From the NCBI GenBank assembly GCA_036389675.1, contig DASVWI010000022.1:1112-65111 (forward strand): a DNA stretch of 64,000 bases, read 5' to 3'. Source of the stretch: Pyrinomonadaceae bacterium (GTDB taxonomy: Bacteria > Acidobacteriota > Blastocatellia > Pyrinomonadales > Pyrinomonadaceae). The translations under genes and the position numbers were made by a program. The notes under the pieces are model-generated. The model was given only the letters and a program-made list of their open reading frames with translations, did no database searches and was not told where the DNA came from. Positions 36,434 through 45,870 of this stretch are shown piece by piece; position 1 is the first letter of the stretch, and the number at the start of each line of letters is the position of its first letter.

Positions 36434-36672
36434 GTTATCCTCCTTCACGGCGGTCTCTACCTTTATTAACGTTCGCCACGGGAAATTATTAACACCTGCG
36501 GGAAATTATTTTTTTTCAGCTCAAATATTTTCGCCCGTTCCGGCGCTCATCTGTCTTTCGGCCAACCAAATATATCAGGTTAGCCGCGGGTCGTCCGAGG
36601 CGGCCTCAAAACAGCGGCGCGCAGCGTCGTTTTGACCCTCGAAGATTCTTCACGACGAGCCGATATATTTCA

Positions 36673-36701
36673 TTGACCTTAACTGTTTAGGCGCATAGAA
36701 T
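36673..36701 (+). promoter_or_regulatory. sigma70-like promoter of the GntR-like gene
   Basis: TTGACC-N17-TAGAAT, followed by an AGGAGGG SD and the GTG at 36727. Confidence 0.45.
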
Positions 36702-36726
36702 ACGCGCCCAAAGGAGGGACACTTCC

Positions 36727-37071
36727 GTGAGCAAACTCAAAGTCCGCGTCAACAGGAAGGGGCCTGAGTCATTGACCAGGCAGATCACCAATCAACTCAC
36801 AGGATTGATCAATACAGGGGTGCTCGCCGCCGGTGAGATGCTGCCGAGCGAACGCACGCTGGCGGAGTCACTCGGGGTCGCGCGCAACGTCGTACGCCGC
36901 AGTTATGATTACCTGATGTCAGGCGAGCTGGTCGAGGGACAGGGTCGTCGCGGTCGGCGCGTGCGCGGTAGCAGTGCGGGCGGCAAGGGGTCTAAGAAAA
37001 GCTCTTCCGCCAAAGGCAGCAGGAAATCAGGGAAAGGCGCTTCCAAAGGCAAGGCCACAAAGGGCAGATAA
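36727..37071 (+). CDS. GntR-type winged-helix domain with a Lys/Ser/Gly-rich basic tail
   Basis: LPSERTLAESLGVARNVVRRSYDYL is the GntR HTH signature. There is no effector domain. The C-terminus is SSAGGKGSKKSSSAKGSRKSGKGASKGKATKGR. Confidence 0.65.
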   Translation: MSKLKVRVNRKGPESLTRQITNQLTGLINTGVLAAGEMLPSERTLAESLGVARNVVRRSYDYLMSGELVEGQGRRGRRVRGSSAGGKGSKKSSSAKGSRKSGKGASKGKATKGR

Positions 37072-37165
37072 AACAGACTGCCGCTCATACGCTCGTCTGA
37101 TCTTCACACGCGAACATTCGACGAGCACCTCGCGCGAAAACAAGCATCCCGTATCCGAATGCCGA

Positions 37166-37218
37166 AGGACGCCTGAACAGGCTTCTCATCATCCAGGAGA
37201 ACACTGTTCAGGCGTCCT
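37166..37218 (+). terminator. 15-bp perfect stem-loop between the GntR-like gene and ettA
   Basis: AGGACGCCTGAACAG / CTGTTCAGGCGTCCT with a 23-nt loop. No T tract follows. Confidence 0.45.
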
Positions 37219-37329
37219 GTGGCCTCCCCCCGGTTGTCAACCATCTCACGCGGCTGTATGCTTCTGTGTTTCTATCCGGGCACGAGATTCCGCCGATTAT
37301 CATCCGAGGAGGCTTTAGTTCAAAAACGA

Positions 37330-39015
<1,686 letters not shown>

Positions 39016-39154
39016 AGTTTTGTGATAGGGTTCATCTATTCGATTGAAGCGCGCAGCCTCATCGGCAAGCCTTCTATCGCGACTCAGCCTCGGCCACACA
39101 CTTTTGCCCTCTCTTCTTCGACGAGAGAAAGATTCACGGAGATATATTTCAGAC

Positions 39155-39505
39155 ATGAGCGAGAAGAACGATTTTTTCGATGACATTATCGGCGACGAGC
39201 CGGACGCGGGCGAATTTGAACTGATGTCCGACGAGATGGAAATGGACGAAGAAGAAGAAGACGACGACGAGCCTTTGGATATGCGAACCGTCGTGATGGC
39301 GAAAGAAGAGATGATCGCGCTTCTGGGTTTGAAGACCTCGCCAAAGGGCGGGCTCATCGTCCGCGTTGACCCGCGCGAGAATCGACCGGCGGCGCAGACC
39401 TACGACGATCCGGCGGCGGCCAGCCTCTGGTTCAACCGCAGCCTCTCGTCCAGCCGTCGCAACGGCTGGGAAGTGATCTACGACGGCGAGCCCCTCTTCG
39501 GCTGA
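39155..39505 (+). CDS. hypothetical acidic protein (116 aa)
   Basis: Start trimmed to MSEKNDFFDD. A Glu/Asp-rich N-terminal half and a more ordinary C-terminal half. No family recognised. Confidence 0.5.
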   Translation: MSEKNDFFDDIIGDEPDAGEFELMSDEMEMDEEEEDDDEPLDMRTVVMAKEEMIALLGLKTSPKGGLIVRVDPRENRPAAQTYDDPAAASLWFNRSLSSSRRNGWEVIYDGEPLFG

Positions 39506-39590
39506 CCACGTATTATCATCCTCTCGTGCCCGAGCATGGCTCATACGGCCTCCGTCCCGTTCGAGCCCGCCAACCCTTACACTTCATCAG

Positions 39591-39631
39591 GTAGACCGTT
39601 TGTACGACGCGTGCAGCCGGTCTACTTTTTG
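39591..39631 (+). terminator. rho-independent terminator
   Basis: 8-bp stem GTAGACCG / CGGTCTAC followed by TTTTTG. Confidence 0.55.
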
Positions 39632-39691
39632 TTGGAGTAGGTTCGGTATAACATCTGTGCTGAAAGTGGATTCCGACATCGCTGGTCTGTA

Positions 39692-41230
39692 ATGACAGAA
39701 TCTAAACAGGTAGAGACGACCGGTCTGCTTGCCGCATGGCGTTGGTGGCTTCCAGTCGCCTTGCTGACGCTGGTGCTGGCCCTTCTGTTTATAGACCCGT
39801 TCGCGGGCGATTGGGACGCGCTCGACTACACTGTGCTCGCCATCCGTGGCGAGCCGTCTTCGATGATCTTAGGGCGCATGCTGTTCATCTTCGCCAACCA
39901 CGCGATGTGGCGTGTGGCGCACGGCCTCTTCGGCTTACAGCCCGAGCATGCTTACCTTTTGTTCCAGTACGCGGTCATCATTCAGAGCCCGCTCGCGACC
40001 GTCGCATGGTGGACGCTTGCGCGTGACGTGACGGCTTCCGTCCGGGCCGCAACCGTCGCGGCGCTGCTGCTGGCGCTCTCACCTTTCTATATCATTTACA
40101 GCGGGCAGGCGATGACGGAGATTCCGTCGCTACTGTTGCTGGCGCTGTCGCTCATCATACACCTGCGCGGCTTGCGCTCGCGCAATACGCTGATGGTGCT
40201 GGCGGGCGCGGCGCTTCTGGGTCTGGGGGTGAACGTGCGCGAAGGCGTTGCGCTCTACGGGCCTTGGCTGGTCTTCGCGCCGCTCGCCTGCGGGTGGAGA
40301 TTCGGAAGGCGCGAGATTGCGACGACCTTCAGCGCCTGTCTGATCTTTACGCTCTGCGCCTTTGGCCCGTTCGCGCTCTGGTGGTTGATGGACATAGACA
40401 ATTACCGCAAGTCATGGCACGGCTGGGTCGAGCTGACGCGGCAGGAGTCGGCGCGTCATCCCGTCACGATCTCCAACATGAGACGCCTGCTTCACTACTT
40501 CTTCATCGCCGCGCCCCTCGCCCTCATCAGCTTTCCCGTCGCGGCTTTCAAAGAGTGGCGCGAGCGCGGGTTGACGCCTCTCTTCCTGCTCGCCCTTATT
40601 GGGCTGCTCGCGAACCTCTCGCTGATTATTCACTACAGCGTCGTGCTCAATGGCCGTTATCTGCTGACGGGAGCGCCCGCGATAGCCCCTCTCGCCGCCG
40701 ACTATTTCATGCGTGCGGAGGCTTTGAAGTATAAGAGCGTGCGGCGCGCTTTTGTGATCGTGCTGCTGGGCGTCCTTTTCACGGCGACCATATTTGCGCT
40801 TTACTCATGGCCCGCCGGCAGCGGTTATATACGGCAACGCGCGATGGCGAAAGATTACGGCGCGCAACTCTCGCTTGTGCCGACGGACGCCGTGATGATC
40901 TCCGGCAGCCAGACCGTCGCCGTCACCTACTGGCGCGGGCTCGGGGCGGGGCGCTGGGATGTGATCGGCAGCGGCGGAACGTGGCCCGGCGAACAACTCC
41001 CGCAGGTGATTGAGAACTACCTGCGAGAAGGCCGCAGAGTTTTCCTGGACGCAGACCCGCGCTGGTGGGCAGACACAGGCTGGCAACTTTCGGAGACGCG
41101 CATGCTCGTCCAAATCGAGCCGCGCTTCCGCTTCCGCCGCATCTCCGACACCATCTACGAGATCAGACCACTCAACGACCAGACAGCCAACGATCACCCC
41201 GACCTGCAAAGACTGCTCCCGATAAAATAA
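39692..41230 (+). CDS. GT-C fold glycosyltransferase (GT39 / ArnT-PMT_2-like) membrane protein
   Basis: 512 aa with about 10 TM segments. An early periplasmic-loop acidic motif (GDWDALDY) and the overall PMT_2-like layout. Assignment made by eye. Confidence 0.6.
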   Translation: MTESKQVETTGLLAAWRWWLPVALLTLVLALLFIDPFAGDWDALDYTVLAIRGEPSSMILGRMLFIFANHAMWRVAHGLFGLQPEHAYLLFQYAVIIQSPLATVAWWTLARDVTASVRAATVAALLLALSPFYIIYSGQAMTEIPSLLLLALSLIIHLRGLRSRNTLMVLAGAALLGLGVNVREGVALYGPWLVFAPLACGWRFGRREIATTFSACLIFTLCAFGPFALWWLMDIDNYRKSWHGWVELTRQESARHPVTISNMRRLLHYFFIAAPLALISFPVAAFKEWRERGLTPLFLLALIGLLANLSLIIHYSVVLNGRYLLTGAPAIAPLAADYFMRAEALKYKSVRRAFVIVLLGVLFTATIFALYSWPAGSGYIRQRAMAKDYGAQLSLVPTDAVMISGSQTVAVTYWRGLGAGRWDVIGSGGTWPGEQLPQVIENYLREGRRVFLDADPRWWADTGWQLSETRMLVQIEPRFRFRRISDTIYEIRPLNDQTANDHPDLQRLLPIK

Positions 41231-41471
41231 GGGATGAGGGATGAAAGGAATGGTGCTGGAAGATTTTCCGCTCCGTAGCAGCGCGCATGTCTATAGCTTC
41301 AGAACAGTATTTGATGAAGAAGCTCCGTCAGACGCGGCATGTGAAGATGTCTCTCCTGACTGAGCTTTCAACCAGTATGGATAGCCCGCATAACTATCGA
41401 CATCGAGTCCTTGCGGAGCTTCAATCAGCTTCCGACACGCTTGAATGCTTCTCCTTCATCCTTGCTTTTCC
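41231..41471. repeat. type B-like element with about 195-nt lower-GC insert (copy B5)
   Basis: Left arm GGGATGAGGGATGAAAGGAATG and right arm CTTCTCCTTCATCCTTGCTTTT bracket a lower-GC core. Fills the convergent gap and overlaps the last codons of the GT2 gene. Confidence 0.45.
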
Positions 41472-42187
41472 AGCGCAACGCGTGTGAGGGTGGCGAGGAT
41501 TCTCGTACCGGCGCGGAGTGTGCCGCTCAGTGTGCCGGAAACTTTGGATTCGCCGCCCGCGCGACAGCGATGGTCAACGGGTAGCTCAAGGATACGCAAC
41601 CGCGCGCGCGCGGCGCGCATCTGCATCTCAAGATTCCAGCCATAGGTCTCCTCGCGCATGCCAAGGCTCTCTAAGGAGTCGCGGCGAATGGCGCGAAAGG
41701 GGCACATGTCGGTGTAGCTGACCCCGTAGATCATTCTCAGCAGGAATCCGGCGATGCGCCCGGCAAAGACCTGTTGAAAATTCATGCTGCCGGGCTCGCG
41801 CTTCCCGCGCGTGCGCGAGCCGATGACGAAGTCCTGTTCTCCGGCGAGGATGGGCTCGACCAGTCTTGCCATCAGCTCGGGGCAATCGCTGCCGTCGCCG
41901 TCAAGGAATACGACCACTTCGCAACCGGGCGCGACCGCCCGCGCGCCCGCGCGGCACGCGCGACCGTACCCCCGGCGCGGCTCAGAGACGACACGCGCTC
42001 CCGCGGAGAGAGCGCGCGCCGCCGTCTCGTCGTCGCTGCCGTTGTCAACCACTATCACCTCGCCAGCTATCTCGCTCGGGATGGAGCGGACGACTTCGGC
42101 GATGCACGCTTCTTCGTTGAGGGCAGGGATCACGACCGAGACGCTGCCGCGAACCGACGCCCTGTCTTCGCTCGATTGAGCTTTCAT
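41456..42187 (-). CDS. family 2 glycosyltransferase (polyprenol-phosphate sugar synthase-like)
   Basis: VSVVIPALNEE, VVDNGSDDET and FLDGDGSD (DxD) motifs. Confidence 0.85.
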   Translation of the reverse strand: MKAQSSEDRASVRGSVSVVIPALNEEACIAEVVRSIPSEIAGEVIVVDNGSDDETAARALSAGARVVSEPRRGYGRACRAGARAVAPGCEVVVFLDGDGSDCPELMARLVEPILAGEQDFVIGSRTRGKREPGSMNFQQVFAGRIAGFLLRMIYGVSYTDMCPFRAIRRDSLESLGMREETYGWNLEMQMRAARARLRILELPVDHRCRAGGESKVSGTLSGTLRAGTRILATLTRVALEKQG

Positions 42188-42188
42188 A

Positions 42189-43574
42189 TCAGACCTTCAA
42201 TACTCCGGCATGAATGGCACGCGTGCCCGTTTGGCTCTTCCCTGCCCCGGCGTGTTTACGCCACAGCGAGAGCGCAGAGAGGAGCGCGAAAGGCGTATAC
42301 AGAAAAGCGTTGACGACGAGGGTTTGATTCGGCGTCTCTCCGAACCAGAACAGGTAAAGCACAAAGGCGCTCGCGGTCAAAGCGAAGACGGGGGCATAGG
42401 GCACAAAGCATAGAAAGGGGATGAGCCATGCGAAGTACCACTCGTAGCGCGGCGAGAGCAGAAGGGTAAAGGCCGAAGCCAAAACGAACGCGCTCGTTAT
42501 GTAGACGCTCTCGGAGTCCTCCCGCCTGAATAAAACCCACCAACTGATGCCCGCCAGAACCAACGCCGCGAAGGTCATGTAGGCAGCGCTCGGCACATAC
42601 GATTCTCCAAGGAGGCGTCGCAACACGTTCAGTATAAAAAACCTGCTGCCGCTATGCAGGCCCTCCTCCTCCGTATATCCCGGCAGGTATCCGAAGACCT
42701 CGCCCAGTCCCACGCTCAAATAAGGCAGGTACGCCAACACGATGGTGAGAGCGAAGGCCGCGGGCATGCGCCAGCCCCAGCGCTTATAGAGCGCCGGGAA
42801 AAGAGCCAGCGGAATCAGCTTGATGAGAACGGCGCAGGCGAGCGCGACCCCGACCGCCGTTTCCCACTTGCGACGGTGCGCCAGCAAGGCCAAACACACG
42901 AAAGCGATGGCGATGGCGTCCAAGTGTCCGCTGCCCGCTATCTCCCAGACGATCAGCGGATGCCAGGCGTAGATGAGCACGCGTTGCAGCGGCAGCTTGA
43001 ACGAGTGGAGCAGGCCCAACAGCGCCAGAAGCGTCAACACCTCGAAGCCGACCATCGTGGCCTTCATCCACGTCACGGATTCGCTCACGCGCGTCGTCCC
43101 AAAGTAAATCGCCTGAGCCAACGGCGGGTAGATCGTCCGCGCAAAATCACGACGATTAATCTTCGGATAGATAGTCTCGTCGCGCAGTCCCTTCAAATGC
43201 TCGTCCGCCGGGATATACCTGTAAGGATTAATGCCGGCGGCCTGCACGCGCCCGTCCCAGATGTAGCGGTAGAGGTCGTCGGAAAGAAAAGGCGGCGTGT
43301 AGATAATGCTGAGACGGAAGAGTGCGGCGAAGACTATGACGATGATTAATGTCGGTCGCGAGGTCGAGCGCGAGCGCGTGACGGCCCACGCGGCGACGAG
43401 GTAAATCGCGGATTGGGCCAACGCCAGTCGAATGAACCAGAAAATATCATAAGAGGTTTTCCCGGTCAGACCGCGCTCGTACATCAGGCGGAGCGCGAAC
43501 CCTGCGAGCAGGAGCAACAGGTTCGTCCAGCTCAGAATCCCGCTCTTGACGAGAGCCTGCCACAATCTATTCAT
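42189..43574 (-). CDS. DUF2029 / GT87-like polytopic mannosyltransferase-like protein
   Basis: 461 aa, multi-TM. An SDDLYRYIWDGRV loop motif resembles GT87/DUF2029 proteins. Confidence 0.6.
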   Translation of the reverse strand: MNRLWQALVKSGILSWTNLLLLLAGFALRLMYERGLTGKTSYDIFWFIRLALAQSAIYLVAAWAVTRSRSTSRPTLIIVIVFAALFRLSIIYTPPFLSDDLYRYIWDGRVQAAGINPYRYIPADEHLKGLRDETIYPKINRRDFARTIYPPLAQAIYFGTTRVSESVTWMKATMVGFEVLTLLALLGLLHSFKLPLQRVLIYAWHPLIVWEIAGSGHLDAIAIAFVCLALLAHRRKWETAVGVALACAVLIKLIPLALFPALYKRWGWRMPAAFALTIVLAYLPYLSVGLGEVFGYLPGYTEEEGLHSGSRFFILNVLRRLLGESYVPSAAYMTFAALVLAGISWWVLFRREDSESVYITSAFVLASAFTLLLSPRYEWYFAWLIPFLCFVPYAPVFALTASAFVLYLFWFGETPNQTLVVNAFLYTPFALLSALSLWRKHAGAGKSQTGTRAIHAGVLKV

Positions 43575-44392
43575 GACGCGGCCTCTGTGCGCGCTTGCCC
43601 CGCAGGCCAGACGCGCCCGCGCCCCTCCGCGTCAATGATTCGCGTAAGATACCGCCGCGTATGCGCCGCCTCGTATCCGGCGAGACCGTTTTGACGGGCA
43701 TCCACGCCGCGTGATCGAAACAGCTCATCGCAGAGACGATTGAGCGACGAGCCATCGTCCACGTCGTACCATGACTGAAGCATCTTGACTTCAAGACCTA
43801 TCTCGGCGGCCCGCTCGACGGTCTGGCCCAACACGCGCTCTGTGCTCCAATCGATATCTTCAAACAATCGCCTGTGTGCAGCTTTAAGACCGATAAGGTA
43901 GTAGCCGCCGTCGTCCGATGGGCCAATGACGACGCGATCACCCGCTTGGGCCAACGCCCGCACAGCTTCCGTAAGGAGAGAGCGCGGCAATGTCGGGCTG
44001 TCGGAATCAATCAGGCACAATGATTGGTAGCCGAGCGCCAGTAAATCTTCAGCCGCGTAATAGAGCCTCTCGCCGAAACCATCGCCGCGTTGAGCCAGCA
44101 GGCTGAATCCCTCATGGAGCAGATCGTCGAAACGGCTCTCCGCGCCGACGGGCGTGTAGACGGCGACGCCTTCAGCAGCTTCGCTCGCGGCGACTGCGGC
44201 GATATTCGCCGCCGTGTCACGCAGAAAGCAGACGCTCAAACTGGCGGCCTCTTCATGTGTGAGCGGCGGCACGAGCCGCGTCTTGACCGAGCCCGCGCGC
44301 GGAGCTTTCGTCATAATACCGAGCGCGCAAGCCCCTCTGAGCCGAAGATTGGCTGAGGATGAAAGATTGAGAACAGGGTAGGCAGTTTCCAT
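43571..44392 (-). CDS. DUF2064 (TIGR04282-like) nucleotidyl/glycosyl-transferase-like protein
   Basis: GIMTKAPRAGSVKTRLVPPLT N-terminal motif and LIDSDSPTLP. 4-nt overlap with the downstream gene. The start is uncertain. Confidence 0.7.
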   Translation of the reverse strand: METAYPVLNLSSSANLRLRGACALGIMTKAPRAGSVKTRLVPPLTHEEAASLSVCFLRDTAANIAAVAASEAAEGVAVYTPVGAESRFDDLLHEGFSLLAQRGDGFGERLYYAAEDLLALGYQSLCLIDSDSPTLPRSLLTEAVRALAQAGDRVVIGPSDDGGYYLIGLKAAHRRLFEDIDWSTERVLGQTVERAAEIGLEVKMLQSWYDVDDGSSLNRLCDELFRSRGVDARQNGLAGYEAAHTRRYLTRIIDAEGRGRVWPAGQARTEAAS

Positions 44393-44398
44393 CCCTTG

Positions 44399-45562
44399 TT
44401 AATCGTGTCCGGCTTCGCGCGCCTTCTGAGCCGTCTTGTGGACGATGCCCTTGGCGCGCAGGGTAGTCTCGGCGGCTGCGAAGTAGTCGCGCACATCCGT
44501 TTGGGCACGAATCCAGTCCAGATAACGGTTGATGCCCGTCTCCAAATCCACCCGTGGCTCGTAGCCAGCGGCGCGTATGCGCGTCGTATCAGAAGTCAGG
44601 TGGCGCATCTCGCCCGGACGAAACTCGCCCTGCGCGACCGGCGCTATGTGTATGCCGAGCGCGTCCGAGATCAGCTGGGCCACGCGGCGTATGGTGACGG
44701 CCTGTCCGCTTCCGACGTTGACGGGCAGGCCGTCGAGCGCGCTGGTCGTGGCAGCGAGCAGGTTGGCGCGGGCTATGTCTTCGACGAACGAGAAATCGCG
44801 CGTCTGCTCGCCGTCTTCATAAAGCACGGGCGGCTGGTCGTTGAGCAACCGCGTGCAGAAGATGGCGATCACGCCCGTGTAAGGGTTAAAGATGGACTGG
44901 CGCGGGCCATACGTGCAGGAGTAGCGCAGCGCGACGGTCGGGATGCCCGTCTGCCTTCCCCACGTCAGGACGAGGCGCTCCTGATCGACCTTCGTGATGG
45001 CGTAAACGGTCTCGCCGCCGATGGGAGCATGCTCAGGCGTCGGCGCTTCGGCGGTTTCCGCGCCGCAGTGCGGACAATGAACTCGAAAGTCTCCGGCGCT
45101 CAATTGCTCCACGGGTCTGACCGTCGGAAAGACCAGCCCGTGCTGAGAGCAGCGGGCCGCGCCCTCGCTGTAGACCGCCTGTGAAGAGGCGACGATGACT
45201 TTCCTGACGGGCAGATTCTCGTCGCGAATAATCTCTAGCATCTGTGCCGTGCCGAAGCTGTTGACGGCGACGTACTTTCCCATCTCCGGCATGTAGCCGC
45301 CGTAGGCCGCCTCGTGAAAGACAACGTCTATATCCTGCAAGGCCGCCGCCATGGTCGCGCGCTCTCTGACATCGCCTTCGACAAACTCCGCGTCCGCTGC
45401 TACCCATGCGGGCTTGCCGCGCCTGTGCGTCTGCGGCTCAAGATTATCGAGTATACGCACAGACCAGCCTTCACTGAGCAGCAAGTCCGCTATGTGCGAG
45501 CCGATCAACCCCGCCCCCCCGGTTACGAGCGCGCGCCTTTTTTCATTCGCCTGACCTGACAA
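44399..45562 (-). CDS. NAD-dependent epimerase/dehydratase (extended SDR) with a Cys/His-rich insertion
   Basis: VTGGAGLIGSH Rossmann motif and YAITK catalytic YxxxK. I prefer the TTG at 45562, 8 nt after an AAGGGAG SD; the longest ORF reaches 45634. Confidence 0.8.
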   Translation of the reverse strand: MSGQANEKRRALVTGGAGLIGSHIADLLLSEGWSVRILDNLEPQTHRRGKPAWVAADAEFVEGDVRERATMAAALQDIDVVFHEAAYGGYMPEMGKYVAVNSFGTAQMLEIIRDENLPVRKVIVASSQAVYSEGAARCSQHGLVFPTVRPVEQLSAGDFRVHCPHCGAETAEAPTPEHAPIGGETVYAITKVDQERLVLTWGRQTGIPTVALRYSCTYGPRQSIFNPYTGVIAIFCTRLLNDQPPVLYEDGEQTRDFSFVEDIARANLLAATTSALDGLPVNVGSGQAVTIRRVAQLISDALGIHIAPVAQGEFRPGEMRHLTSDTTRIRAAGYEPRVDLETGINRYLDWIRAQTDVRDYFAAAETTLRAKGIVHKTAQKAREAGHD

Positions 45563-45870
45563 AACAGAATCTCCCTTAGCATTTTTCAGATGGCTACCAG
45601 AGTATCTGATTGCCACGATAATCTTCAAGCACACACAGAGCGGATGAAAGAAGGCCCGAAGGGGATTGTTTCCACTTCCGCTGCGCGTGCGCTGGGCTCG
45701 CCGTCTTGGTATATTGATGACGCCATGGCCCGGATGACTGAGGACAGAAGCGTCAGCGCTCGGCCCATCGGCCCTTGAACTCTCCCGTCTCTTACATTTG
45801 CTTTAAGCTCAAAAAATTTCCTGCTGATGGGAAAGCGGAAACGCTTGCCCGCTTTCAAGGGGGATTTCGG

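Noticed and set aside
41287-41487. 66-aa ORF inside the enlarged B5 element
   Set aside because: No SD. It ends inside the repeat arm and the GT2 gene 3' end and shows no family resemblance. It is kept only as a remark in the finding.
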